Shown here piece by piece: positions 9,992-19,377 of a DNA stretch of 63,072 nucleotides; the first letter of the stretch is position 1; every line of letters begins with the position of its first letter. The stretch comes from Candidatus Dormiibacterota bacterium (GTDB taxonomy: Bacteria > Eisenbacteria > RBG-16-71-46 > SZUA-252). Under the pieces are notes generated by a model. That model saw only the letters and a list, made by a program, of their open reading frames with translations. It was not told the DNA's origin and did not search any database. The translations under genes and the position numbers were made by a program. The stretch spans positions 1 through 63,072 of the forward strand of contig DASQAV010000008.1 of assembly GCA_035635575.1 (NCBI GenBank), given 5' to 3'.

Positions 9992-11379
9992 CGGCGGCCC
10001 GACTTCGCGAGGGAGCGCTTCAGCTCGAGCACGGCGGCCTCGAACCGCGCGCCGCGCTCCTCGAAGTTCCGGAACATGTCGTAGCTCGCGCAGCCGGGCG
10101 AGAGAAGCACCACGCCGCCCGGCGTCGCTCGGTTGCGCGCGATCTGGACCGCCTCCTCCAGCGTCGCCGCGCGATCGTGCGGCAGGTCGGGCCAGGAGCG
10201 CTCGATCTTGAAGGCGGCCTCCCCCACGGTCACGAGGTGGCGGACGTGCTCCATGACCAGGGGGCGGATGGACACGAAATCGCCGTCCTTGTCCCGGCCC
10301 CCCGCGATGAGCGTCACCGGCTCCGTGAAGGACTCCAGGGCGCGCCGGAGCGCGTCCACGTTCGTCGCCTTGGAGTCGTTCACGTAGCGCACGTCGTCGA
10401 TCTCCGCCACGGCCGCGAGCCGGTGCGGGAGTCCCTTGAATTCCCGCAGCGCTTTCGCGATCGCCCGCTCGGGAATCCCGACCGCGAGCGCCGCGGCCGC
10501 CGCGGCCGCCATGTTCTCCGTGTTGTGCGGCCCGGGAAGCGTCGCTTCATCGCGCCGCATCAAGGTCCCGCTCCGGCCCTCGAAGCGGAACCGGAGCGAA
10601 TTCCCGTCCAGCCAGACACCGTCCCCCGTCGGATCCGCGAATCCGAACCAGAGCGGCCGCGACTTCATGGGCCGGAGCAGAAGATCGATGCGCGCGTCAC
10701 CCAGAGGCTGCACCCGGTATTCGTCCTCCTTCTGAAACTCGAAGAGCCTCGCCTTGAGCCCCGCGTAGCGTTCCATGCTCCCGTGGCGATCCAGATGGTC
10801 GGGCGTCACGTTGAGCAGCACCCCCACTTTGGGATGGAACCTTGTGCAGGACTCGAGCTGGAAGCTCGAGATCTCCACGACCAGGAGCCCGTCCTCGGGG
10901 ATCTCCTCGGCCTTCTCGGAAAGTGCTACTCCGATGTTCCCCAGCACCTCCGTCTTCCGGCCCGCCGCCCTGCCGATCGCTCCCAGGAGCTCCACCGTCG
11001 TGCTCTTTCCGTTCGTCCCGGTCACCGCCACGATGGGAGCCTTGGCGACCGCGTATCCCAGCTCGATCTCGGACGCGATCGGAATCCCCCGACGCTCCGC
11101 CTCGCGGAAGATCGGGAGATCCAACGGCACGCCGGGGCTGACCACCACGAGATTCCGGCCCTCCAGCTCCTTGGGCCCGGTCGAGCCGAAGGTGATCCCG
11201 ACACCCAGATCGCGGAGCTCCCGGACCGTTCCCTCCAGCTCCTGCGCGCGTCTCCGGTCCACCCCGCGCACGTCGCTTCCGTGGCGCAGCAAGAGCTTCG
11301 AGGCGGCGATCCCGCTCCGCGCCAGCCCCACGACCAGCGCCCGCGATCCCTGAAACCAGGGCGCTTGGGCACGGGTCAT
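9988..11379 (-). CDS. murD: UDP-N-acetylmuramoylalanine--D-glutamate ligase
   Basis: True start is MTRAQAPWFQGSRALVVGLARSGIAASKLL at 11379 (ATGA overlap with the mraY stop). P-loop GTNGKSTT. The upstream 264 codons of the track ORF are read-through of mraY. Confidence 0.93.
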   Translation of the reverse strand: MTRAQAPWFQGSRALVVGLARSGIAASKLLLRHGSDVRGVDRRRAQELEGTVRELRDLGVGITFGSTGPKELEGRNLVVVSPGVPLDLPIFREAERRGIPIASEIELGYAVAKAPIVAVTGTNGKSTTVELLGAIGRAAGRKTEVLGNIGVALSEKAEEIPEDGLLVVEISSFQLESCTRFHPKVGVLLNVTPDHLDRHGSMERYAGLKARLFEFQKEDEYRVQPLGDARIDLLLRPMKSRPLWFGFADPTGDGVWLDGNSLRFRFEGRSGTLMRRDEATLPGPHNTENMAAAAAAALAVGIPERAIAKALREFKGLPHRLAAVAEIDDVRYVNDSKATNVDALRRALESFTEPVTLIAGGRDKDGDFVSIRPLVMEHVRHLVTVGEAAFKIERSWPDLPHDRAATLEEAVQIARNRATPGGVVLLSPGCASYDMFRNFEERGARFEAAVLELKRSLAKSGRR

Positions 11380-12464
11380 TGAAGCTTGAGGGTGCTCAAG
11401 CCGAGAAGGGCGGAGAGGGCGGCCGCGATCCAGAATCGAACCACGACGGTGGGCTCCGGCCAGCCGCTGAGCTCGAAGTGATGGTGGAGCGGCGCCATCT
11501 TGAGAACTCGTTTCCTCCAGAGCTTGAAGGACAGCACCTGCGCCATGACGGAGAGCGCCTCGATCACGAACACCGCGCCGACGATCGCGAGAAGGAACTC
11601 GCGCTTGATCAGGACCGCGACCGTGCCCAGCGCGGCTCCGAGCGAGAGAGAGCCCGTGTCTCCCATGAAGACCTTGGCGGGGTAACAGTTCCACCAGAGA
11701 AACCCCAGCGTCGCCCCCACGACCGCCGAACAGAACACCGTCAGCTCCCCCGCGTCGTGGAGGTAGGGGATCTGGAGGTACTGCGAGAACTTCACGTGGC
11801 CGGTCACGTAGCACATCGCCCCGAGCGCGAAGGCCGCGAAGGTCGTCATGCCCGCCGCCAGGCCGTCCAGCCCGTCCGCGAGATTCACGGCGTTGCTGGC
11901 GCCGGTGATGACGAGGGTGACGAACGGAAGGTAGAGCCAGCCGAAATCCACCACCGTCCGCTTCAAGAAAGGCACGTTGGTCTCGGCCGGATCGAGCGCC
12001 CCGTGGGTCGGATAGAAGTACACCGCCGCGAAGACCGCCATGCCGAGAAGGACCTGACCCGCCAGCTTGTAGCGCCCCAGGAGCCCCTTGCGCAGATGCC
12101 GCACGACGCGGAGGTAATCGTCCACGAAGCCCACGAACCCCATGAAGAGGGTGGCGAGGAGGGCGATCCACACGCTCCGGTTCTCGAGGTTCGCCCAGAG
12201 GAGGGTCGGGATCGCGATCGCGATCACGATGAGGATCCCCCCCATGGTCGGCGTGCCCGCCTTGGGCAGATGGCTCTTCGGGCCGTCGTCTCTCACCTGT
12301 TGCCCGATCTTGAGCCGCTTCAGCCTCTCGATCACCGGCCGCCCGAGGACGAACGCGAGAAGGAGCGCGGTCGCCGCGGCGTAGGCCGAGCGAAAGGTGA
12401 TGTAGCGGAAGACGTTCATCGCCGGGAACTGCTCGTGCAAGGGATAGAGGAGGTGGTAGAGCAA
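11376..12464 (-). CDS. mraY: phospho-N-acetylmuramoyl-pentapeptide transferase
   Basis: MLYHLLYPLHEQFPAMNVFRYITFRSA, KAGTPTMGG, NAVNLADGLDGLA. TTG start with GGAGGAG 7 nt upstream. Confidence 0.97.
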   Translation of the reverse strand: MLYHLLYPLHEQFPAMNVFRYITFRSAYAAATALLLAFVLGRPVIERLKRLKIGQQVRDDGPKSHLPKAGTPTMGGILIVIAIAIPTLLWANLENRSVWIALLATLFMGFVGFVDDYLRVVRHLRKGLLGRYKLAGQVLLGMAVFAAVYFYPTHGALDPAETNVPFLKRTVVDFGWLYLPFVTLVITGASNAVNLADGLDGLAAGMTTFAAFALGAMCYVTGHVKFSQYLQIPYLHDAGELTVFCSAVVGATLGFLWWNCYPAKVFMGDTGSLSLGAALGTVAVLIKREFLLAIVGAVFVIEALSVMAQVLSFKLWRKRVLKMAPLHHHFELSGWPEPTVVVRFWIAAALSALLGLSTLKLQ

Positions 12465-12467
12465 CGG

Positions 12468-13919
12468 TCAGCTCCTCCCCGCCGCGTGGAGCGGGCCGGG
12501 CACGTCCTTCCGTCCCGGAACCAGACGATCGACCACCTGCTCGAGCCGCATGCCGCGGGAGCCCTTCACGAGCACCAGATCCCCCGCGCGCGCATCCTTC
12601 GCGACCGCGGCGGCCATCTCGGCCACCGAGGTGAAGGTCCGGATGCGCTTCGGCTCGACCCCCGCGCCGCGCGCTCCCCGCTCCGTGGCGCGCGAGAATT
12701 CCCCCGCGACGTAGACCCAGGCCTCCCGCGGCACCTGCCCGCCCACCTCCTCGTGGAATCGCTCCGAATCGGGCCCCAGCTCGAGCATGTCTCCGAGCAC
12801 CGCCCGGCGCGCCCCGCGCGTCTCGATCGAGCCGAGGAGGAGGAGCGCCTCGCGCATGGAGGCGGGATTCGCGTTGTAGGCGTCGTCGAGCACGAAGATT
12901 CCTTCCGCGGACAGGAGCTCCAGACGATGGCGCTCGGGACGGAGCGCGCCCAGCGCGTCCCGCGATTCCGCGCGGGTCACGCCGAAATGATCCCCCACCA
13001 GAATCGCGGCCAGCGCGTTCCGGACGTTGTGCCTGCCCAGGAGCCGGAGACGAACCTCGGTCCCGTCGGCGAGCGCGAAGCGCGCACCCCCTTCGGCCGT
13101 GACGGTAGCCTCCAGGGGAACGAGATCGGCGTCGGGCTTCTCGAGTGAGTAGCTCTTCTTGGGGAGCGGGCGGTCCTTGTTCAGCTTCCAGAGACGCTCG
13201 TCGTCCCGGTTCAGCACCAGAAATCCGTCGCGCGGGAGTGCTGAGGCGAGCTCGCTCTTCGCGAGCGCCACATCCTCCACCGTCCCGAGCGAGGCCAGGT
13301 GCGCCGCGCCGGCGTTCGTGAGCACGCCCACGTTCGGCGAGGAGAGACGTGCCAGCTCCTGGATCTCGCCGCGGGCGCTCATGCCCATCTCCAGAACCAG
13401 CATCTGATGCTCGGGCCGAAGATGGGTGAGCGTGAGCGGAACGCCGATGTGGTTGTTCAGATTTCCCCGGTTCTTGTGCACGCGGTAGCGCGACCCCAGC
13501 ACGGCCGCGATCATCTCCTTTGTCGTGGTCTTGCCGTTCGATCCGGTGATCGCCGTGACGGGAATTCCGGATTTCGCCCTGCAGTGCTTCCCCAGGGCCT
13601 GGAGCGCACGGAGGGGATCCTGGACGGCGATGACCGGTTTCTTGCTCCTGGCCCAGCCCGGATCCGGGGGCCTGGATTTCTGGACGAGCGACCCGGAGGC
13701 GTTCCCCTCCAGGGCCATCGTCACGAAATCGTGCCCGTCCGCGCGCGTCCCCGGCAGCGGAACGAAAAGCTCCCCGACGGCGATCGTGCGGGTGTCGATG
13801 GAGCAGCCCGAGAACGCGGTGCGCTTCGGGCTTTCTGGCAATCCTCCCCCCAACAGGGCTCCCTCCGTGACTCGAAGGATTTCCTCGAGCGTGAGCCAGG
13901 GGCTCTCCGAGGCGATCAA
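12468..13919 (-). CDS. murF: UDP-N-acetylmuramoyl-tripeptide--D-alanyl-D-alanine ligase
   Basis: ITGSNGKTTTKEM P-loop. The only start codon near the murE stop is TTG at 13919 (TTGA overlap). The track ORF N-terminus is read-through of murE. Confidence 0.88.
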   Translation of the reverse strand: MIASESPWLTLEEILRVTEGALLGGGLPESPKRTAFSGCSIDTRTIAVGELFVPLPGTRADGHDFVTMALEGNASGSLVQKSRPPDPGWARSKKPVIAVQDPLRALQALGKHCRAKSGIPVTAITGSNGKTTTKEMIAAVLGSRYRVHKNRGNLNNHIGVPLTLTHLRPEHQMLVLEMGMSARGEIQELARLSSPNVGVLTNAGAAHLASLGTVEDVALAKSELASALPRDGFLVLNRDDERLWKLNKDRPLPKKSYSLEKPDADLVPLEATVTAEGGARFALADGTEVRLRLLGRHNVRNALAAILVGDHFGVTRAESRDALGALRPERHRLELLSAEGIFVLDDAYNANPASMREALLLLGSIETRGARRAVLGDMLELGPDSERFHEEVGGQVPREAWVYVAGEFSRATERGARGAGVEPKRIRTFTSVAEMAAAVAKDARAGDLVLVKGSRGMRLEQVVDRLVPGRKDVPGPLHAAGRS

Positions 13920-15409
13920 CGCTGAAACCCTCGGGCGCGGAGCGCCAGGCGAGCCACCTCGCGGTCGTCGAAGTCGAGCGTCCTGGGTCCGATGATCTGA
14001 TAGGTCTCGTGGCCCTTGCCCGCGATCAGGAGCGCATCCCTCGGGGCGCACGCATCCACCGCCGCCACGATGGCTTCCTTCCGGTCCGGCACCGTGCGCA
14101 CGTTCGGGGCGCCGGGGATGCCCGCCTCGATGTCGCGCAGGATCGACTCCGGATCCTCGCTTCTCGGATTGTCGGAGGTCAGGATCACCTGGTCGGCGAG
14201 CCGCGCCGCGACCTTCCCCATGAGCGGGCGCTTGCCCTTGTCCCGGTCGCCGCCGCACCCGAACACGCAGAGGACGCGCTTGGGTCCGAAGGCGCGCACG
14301 GCTTCGAGCGCGCGCTCCAGCGCGTCCGGAGTGTGGGCGTAGTCCACGAGCACCTGGAAGGGCTGGCCCTCGTCCACGGGCTCGAGACGCCCCGGAACCG
14401 AGGAGAGCTTCTCCAGCCCGGCCACGATCGAGTCGCGCGGGATCCCGAGCGCCCGGCCCGCCGTGAACGCGGCGAGCGCGTTCATGGCGTTGAAGGCGCC
14501 GCGCAGGCGCAAGGAGACGGGTGTGGCGTCCCGTCCCTCCAGCACCCGGAAGGAGGTCCCGTCGGGGCGGAGGCGAATGTCGGCCGCCCGGATGTCCGCG
14601 CCCTGGCTCTGGCCGAATCCCATCACCCGCCCGTCGGAGTGCGCCCGGATCCAGCCTCCCACGGGATCGTCCACGTTCACCGCTCCCGTGAATCGCTTGG
14701 TCCGGTCCCCCCGGGTATCGGAGCGGAAGAGGCGTACCTTGGCGTCACGGTACGCGTCGAGCGTGCCGTGAAAATCCAGGTGGTCTTGCGTGAGATTCGT
14801 GAACACGCCGACGTCGAAAGCCAGACCGTACGTGCGGTCGAGTGCCAGCGCGTGCGAGGAGACTTCCATCGCCACCGCGGTGGCGCCCCTTTGTCGCCAG
14901 TCGCGAAGCATCCGCATGAGATCGGGCGCTTCCGGAGTGGTGTGGGGCGCCGTCTCGTTCCGGCCGCCGAATTCGTAACCCACCGTGCCGATGAAGCCGG
15001 CCTTCATTCCCGCGTCCTCGAAGACCGAGCGGATGAGGTGCGCGGTCGTCGTCTTGCCGTTCGTCCCGGTCACCCCCGCCAGCACGAGCTCGCGGGAAGG
15101 GTGTCCCGTCTCCTCGCCGGCGAGGATCGCCAGCGCGCGGCGGGCGTCCGGGACCCGGATCTGCGGGAGATCGGCTTCGGGGACGAACCGCTCCACCACC
15201 GCGGCCGACGCCCCTCGCTGGGCGGCGCCCGCGACGTAGGCGTGCCCGTCCTGCTTCAGCCCGGAGACCGCGACGAACACGTCCCGCGGCTTCACCTCGC
15301 GCGAATCGTACCGAACCTGTTCCCACTCGCCGCGCAGCGTTCCCCGGGTTTCCGACGCTCCCACGATCGCGGGAAGCGCCTCCGTGCGCAACGCGGCGAG
15401 CCCGATCAC
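13916..15409 (-). CDS. murE: UDP-N-acetylmuramoyl-L-alanyl-D-glutamate--2,6-diaminopimelate ligase
   Basis: GVTGTNGKTTTAHL, TSDNPRSEDP (DNPR motif). Three in-frame GTGs at 15409, 15427 and 15439. I chose 15409 because it forms GTGA with the ftsI stop. Confidence 0.9.
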   Translation of the reverse strand: MIGLAALRTEALPAIVGASETRGTLRGEWEQVRYDSREVKPRDVFVAVSGLKQDGHAYVAGAAQRGASAAVVERFVPEADLPQIRVPDARRALAILAGEETGHPSRELVLAGVTGTNGKTTTAHLIRSVFEDAGMKAGFIGTVGYEFGGRNETAPHTTPEAPDLMRMLRDWRQRGATAVAMEVSSHALALDRTYGLAFDVGVFTNLTQDHLDFHGTLDAYRDAKVRLFRSDTRGDRTKRFTGAVNVDDPVGGWIRAHSDGRVMGFGQSQGADIRAADIRLRPDGTSFRVLEGRDATPVSLRLRGAFNAMNALAAFTAGRALGIPRDSIVAGLEKLSSVPGRLEPVDEGQPFQVLVDYAHTPDALERALEAVRAFGPKRVLCVFGCGGDRDKGKRPLMGKVAARLADQVILTSDNPRSEDPESILRDIEAGIPGAPNVRTVPDRKEAIVAAVDACAPRDALLIAGKGHETYQIIGPRTLDFDDREVARLALRARGFQR

Positions 15410-17487
15410 AAGCTCCGAGGCGCGCACCGAAGCGCGCACGTGAGGCCGGAGCGGATGTTCGCACCGGGTGGAGGGTCTTGTTCCACGACCTGCCCGCTGC
15501 CCAGCACCGAGGAAACGGGGATGGAGAGCGCGCTCAGCCGGGCCACCGCCTCGCGCACCGAGAGCCCGTGGAGATCCGGGAAGCCGGTGTCGGGAGGAGG
15601 ATCGGTCGAGAGGACGATCCGGACCACCTCGCCCGAGCGCGCGTTCGTGCCCGGCTCCGGAGACTGAACCGCCACGCGCGCGCCGCTCCCCTCCATGGAG
15701 CAATCCATGCCCGCGGAGCGGAGAACCGAGCGGGCGCGCTCCGCCGCCATCATCCTCACGTCGGGAACGCGCACCTCGGAGGCGCGCCTTCCGGACGCGG
15801 TGAGGAGCGTTTGCGCGGGAACGCGCACCGGTCCTCTTCCCATCGTGGCCCAGGTCGCGACGACGTCTCGGAACACGGGAGCCGCGACGGTGCCGCCGTA
15901 GTAGGCGCCGCGCGGCTCGTCCAGCATGATGATGCCGACGATCTGCGGATTCCGTGCCGGGGCCATCCCGACGAAGGAGGAGAGGTAGCGGCCCTGCCCG
16001 TACCCCCGCCCTCCTTCATCCGACTTCTGCGCCGTGCCGGTCTTCCCGGCGACCTCGCACCAGGGAAGCGCCGCTTCCTTCGCGGTGCCCATGACCACGG
16101 CGTCGCGCAGGAAGGAGCGGAAGGTGTCCGCGGTCTCGGGAGAGATGACGCGGCGGACGCGCTCGACGGGGAAACGCCTCACGGTCTCGCCGTTCTCGTT
16201 CATGAGCGCCGACGCGACGCGCGGCCGGAGCAGAATGCCTCCGTTGGCCACGGCGCAGTAGGCCATGAGGATCTGGAGCGGTGTCGCGGTCACCTCCTGC
16301 CCGATCGAGATCGTGGCGAGCGAGCGCGCCGACCACCGCGAGGGATTCCGGATCTGTCCCGAGGTCTCGCCCGGGAGCGCGATGCGGGTCGGCTGTCCGA
16401 AGCCGAAGAGCCGCGCGTAGCGGTACAGGGTGCTGGCGCCCACCTTCGTCCCGATCTGGGCGTAGCAGACGTTGCTCGAGAGCGCCGTCGCGGCGCGCAT
16501 GGAATACCAGCGCGTCTCCGGGTGCGCGTCGTGCATGGTGAATCCGCCCATGTTCAGCTCTCCGCGATTCACGAAAAAGGAGTCCTCCGGGACCATTACG
16601 TGCTCTTCCAGGGCGGCGCATCCGACGAGGAGCTTGAACGTGGAGCCCGGCTCGTACTGGTCCGCGATGACGCGATTGCGTCCCGGCGCCCCTGGCGGAG
16701 GATTTTGGCCGTCCACCGTGGCCATCGCGAAGATGTCCCCAGTGTGTGGATCGGCGAACACCGCCATGCCGGAGCGCGCGCCGGTGCGCGCCACCGCCCG
16801 CTTCAGTTCCATGACCAGGACCGATTGCGCGTCCCGGTCGATCGTCGTCACGAGACTCAACCCGGGCTCGGGAAGCTTCACCATGCTCTGTGGGAGCTGG
16901 TGCTCCAGCCCGCGCCCGTCCCTGAAAAGAGTAGCCCACCCGCTGACGCCGCGCAGGTCCCGATCGAACGCGCGCTCGATTCCCTCGAGCCCCGCCCCGT
17001 CCAGGCCCACGACCCCCACCACGGGGCGCGCCACCTCGTCCAGGGGGTAGACCCGCGAGGGGACCTCTTCCACTTGAACCCCGGCGGGCAGCGTGGATTT
17101 CCGGAGCGCGATCTCCTGCTCCGGCGTGACCTGCGAGGTGATGCGGATATAGGCGTTCCGGCGGCCACGGCGGAGCCGGTCCAGGCCGCGCGGGCCCGCC
17201 GCGGTCCGGATGAACTGCTTGGCGGCGGTGGCGTTCCGGACCTCGGCCGGGCGGACCGAAATCTGGCTCAGGTCCACGTTGTTCGCCAGGGGGCGGAGCT
17301 GCCGGTCGTAGATCATCCCGCGCTCCGGCTCGAGGATGACCCGCGAGGTCTGCTGGCCGCGGGCCTCCCGGTCGAGCCTCTGGTGACCAAAGACCTGGAT
17401 CGACACGAGACGGGCAAGGATCAGGGCGTAGAAGAGGATTCCGATCGCGGCGAGGAGCTTCAGCCGCCTGAGATGAAGTGGACTCAT
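15406..17487 (-). CDS. ftsI: class B penicillin-binding protein (FtsI/PBP2x-like) with two C-terminal PASTA domains
   Basis: N-terminal TM helix. Transpeptidase motifs STFK, SSN, KTGTA. The last ~124 aa form two PASTA-like repeats (VRVPDVRMMAAERARSVLRSAGMD...VVRIVLS and FPDLHGLSVREAVARLSALSIPV...). Confidence 0.92.
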   Translation of the reverse strand: MSPLHLRRLKLLAAIGILFYALILARLVSIQVFGHQRLDREARGQQTSRVILEPERGMIYDRQLRPLANNVDLSQISVRPAEVRNATAAKQFIRTAAGPRGLDRLRRGRRNAYIRITSQVTPEQEIALRKSTLPAGVQVEEVPSRVYPLDEVARPVVGVVGLDGAGLEGIERAFDRDLRGVSGWATLFRDGRGLEHQLPQSMVKLPEPGLSLVTTIDRDAQSVLVMELKRAVARTGARSGMAVFADPHTGDIFAMATVDGQNPPPGAPGRNRVIADQYEPGSTFKLLVGCAALEEHVMVPEDSFFVNRGELNMGGFTMHDAHPETRWYSMRAATALSSNVCYAQIGTKVGASTLYRYARLFGFGQPTRIALPGETSGQIRNPSRWSARSLATISIGQEVTATPLQILMAYCAVANGGILLRPRVASALMNENGETVRRFPVERVRRVISPETADTFRSFLRDAVVMGTAKEAALPWCEVAGKTGTAQKSDEGGRGYGQGRYLSSFVGMAPARNPQIVGIIMLDEPRGAYYGGTVAAPVFRDVVATWATMGRGPVRVPAQTLLTASGRRASEVRVPDVRMMAAERARSVLRSAGMDCSMEGSGARVAVQSPEPGTNARSGEVVRIVLSTDPPPDTGFPDLHGLSVREAVARLSALSIPVSSVLGSGQVVEQDPPPGANIRSGLTCALRCAPRSL

Positions 17488-17984
17488 CTTGTTCCCCCGG
17501 CCTCCACGGGTGCCGCGGGCAGCCCCACCACCCGCTCGGTCAAAGAAGACGGCAGGGCGCGCCGCGCCGCTCCGAGCAGCTTTTGGCCGAGCCCCAGCCC
17601 GCCGCGCTTGGGGCGCGGGACCGCGAGCTCCACGTCCACCACGCGGGCGGGATCGGGAGCCTGGAAGCCCAGCTGGCCCAGGATCGTGAGATCGAGCCCG
17701 CTACGGAGCGCGGACTGCTCTTCCAGATCGCGCGTGATGCGAATCCGGTTCTCGACCGACCTCACCTCCCGCGCGAGACGATCGCGTTCCATGGAGAGCG
17801 AGTTCGCCACGGTGCGCTCCCACACCTTCGTGAAGAGAAGCGAGGCGCCGATCAGCAACATCGCGATGACCCGGACGCTCACCCGGCGCTTGGGCTGCAT
17901 CCGGAGACGGAGGTACGGCCCCTTGGGGCGCGCCTCCTCGGAATCGTCGACGATCGGTGCCTGGAGCCTCTGGGCGAGGCTCAC
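17484..17984 (-). CDS. ftsL: FtsL-like cell division protein (single TM plus coiled coil)
   Basis: TM helix VSVRVIAMLLIGASLLF followed by a heptad-like region (SLSMERDRLAREVRSVENRIRITRDLEEQ). GTG 17984 overlaps the rsmH stop (GTGA) and has AAGGAGGAGG 6 nt upstream. The alternative ATG at 17900 has no SD. Confidence 0.65.
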   Translation of the reverse strand: MSLAQRLQAPIVDDSEEARPKGPYLRLRMQPKRRVSVRVIAMLLIGASLLFTKVWERTVANSLSMERDRLAREVRSVENRIRITRDLEEQSALRSGLDLTILGQLGFQAPDPARVVDVELAVPRPKRGGLGLGQKLLGAARRALPSSLTERVVGLPAAPVEAGGTR

Positions 17985-18895
17985 GCGTCCTCCTCCTTGC
18001 GCCGCGCGGCTCGCAGCTTGGCGCTTCGGGCGCGCGGATTCCGGCGCGCTTCCTCGGCAGAGGGCCGGACCGGCTTCTTGGTGAGTGGAATCCAGGGCGT
18101 CGGAGTGAGCGGCTGGTTGGGGTCGGAGGGGCGCGGCGGGCGGAACGCATTTTTGACGAATCGGTCTTCGAGCGAGTGATACGCGATGACACAAAGCGTC
18201 CCGCCCGGCCGCAGGAGTGATGGGGACTCGTGAAGCAGCGCTTGGAGCTCCGACAGCTCATCGTTTACCGCAATGCGAAGTGCCTGGAATACCTGGGAGA
18301 GACGGCGGGGGCGCTGGGGTCCCCGAAACAGAGGCTCGAGGGACTGGCGCAGGGCCGTCGCGGTGAGCGGCGTCCCCGAGGAGAGCGCGGCACGGATCGC
18401 CCGCACGGCGGGGCGCGGCCGCGGCAGCTCCCCCAGCTCGCGGAGGATCCGCGTCAGCTCCCGGTCGTCGATGCTCCGGAGCAGAGACTCCGCGGTCTCC
18501 GGAAGTGCCGGGTCGAGCCGCATGTCGAGCGGTCCCGGAGCGGAGAAGGAAAAGCCGCGCACGGGATCGTCCAGCTGGAGCGACGAGAGCCCGAGATCCG
18601 CCAGGATCCCGTGCACCGGGCCCACGCCGAGGCCCTGGAGCGCCTCCCTCATTCCGGAAAAACGCGCGCGCCGCGCCACGAACCGGGGTTCCGGCACGGG
18701 GACTGCGGCGCGCGCTCCTTGAACAGCAGCCGGGTCAGCATCCAGACCTACCAACCTCCCATCCACCCCCAGCGAGTCGAGAATGGCGGCGGCGTGACCA
18801 CCGCCTCCCAACGTCGCATCCACATAGGTCCCGTTCGGATCTGTCAGGAGCAACTGGACGGCCTCCTCCTTGAGAACCGGGACGTGACCCGGCAT
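17981..18895 (-). CDS. rsmH: 16S rRNA (cytosine1402-N4)-methyltransferase
   Basis: MPGHVPVLKEEAV, DATLGGGGHA, YHSLEDRFVKN. Two ATGs at 18901 and 18895. GAGGA has good spacing only for 18895. Confidence 0.92.
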   Translation of the reverse strand: MPGHVPVLKEEAVQLLLTDPNGTYVDATLGGGGHAAAILDSLGVDGRLVGLDADPAAVQGARAAVPVPEPRFVARRARFSGMREALQGLGVGPVHGILADLGLSSLQLDDPVRGFSFSAPGPLDMRLDPALPETAESLLRSIDDRELTRILRELGELPRPRPAVRAIRAALSSGTPLTATALRQSLEPLFRGPQRPRRLSQVFQALRIAVNDELSELQALLHESPSLLRPGGTLCVIAYHSLEDRFVKNAFRPPRPSDPNQPLTPTPWIPLTKKPVRPSAEEARRNPRARSAKLRAARRKEEDA

Positions 18896-18915
18896 TTCCA
18901 TTCCTCGAATCGGCC

Positions 18916-19377
18916 TTAACGCAAGGGGTCGCGGCGAGGCACCGGGTGATGCGGCGCGATGCGCGCGATCCCCAGCAGCGGACGACGCGACGATTCGGTC
19001 TCCTCCACCGGCTTGTATTCCATGCGGCGCATCGCGGGGCCCTGCCCCGCCACGCCGAAGAGGGAGCGGACGTACGCGCTCATGCCGACCAGACAGACGT
19101 CGGAGCCCGTGCTCGCCTGGCGCGTGAGCGCGCGGACGAACGCGGGGAGCGCCTTGTAGTCCATGTGCGTGACCTGCTCGAAGTCCAGACACACGAAGTC
19201 TTGAGGACAGCGCCCGCGCTCCTGGACCGCCGCGATCACGTGCTGGAGCTCGCGCTCGCCCAGGTTGCCGAAGAGGCGCAGCTCGTGGGGTCGTCCCCTT
19301 CCCCGGCCCGCGTCCCACTGGAAGGCGGGCGGATCGGCCGTGACGGAGCGCCGCGCGATGGCGAGGGGGGCGATCAC
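18916..19377 (-). CDS. STAS-domain-like protein (anti-sigma-antagonist fold, no phosphorylatable Ser) inserted between mraZ and rsmH
   Basis: 153-codon ORF with mostly G/C third positions. GTG start overlaps the mraZ stop (GTGA at 19374-19377). STAS-like pattern LRLFGNLGERELQHVIAAV...VCLDFEQVTHMDYKALPAFVRAL...DVCLVGMSAYVRSLFGVAG. Domain call made by eye only. Confidence 0.55.
   Translation of the reverse strand: MIAPLAIARRSVTADPPAFQWDAGRGRGRPHELRLFGNLGERELQHVIAAVQERGRCPQDFVCLDFEQVTHMDYKALPAFVRALTRQASTGSDVCLVGMSAYVRSLFGVAGQGPAMRRMEYKPVEETESSRRPLLGIARIAPHHPVPRRDPLR

Noticed and set aside
9988-12171. N-terminally over-extended track ORFs: 9988-12171, 12468-14258, 13916-15703, 17981-19405, 20027-22165, 21373-23382, 22458-25490, 23429-26953, 25618-27813, 27576-30353, 40791-42857, 43857-44876, 44387-45841, 46301-47545 and 52473-55883.
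   Set aside because: The homologous part of each protein begins at an internal ATG/GTG/TTG, usually overlapping the upstream stop as NTGA. The extra N-terminal residues are out-of-frame read-through of the upstream gene and look like Arg/Pro/Gly junk.
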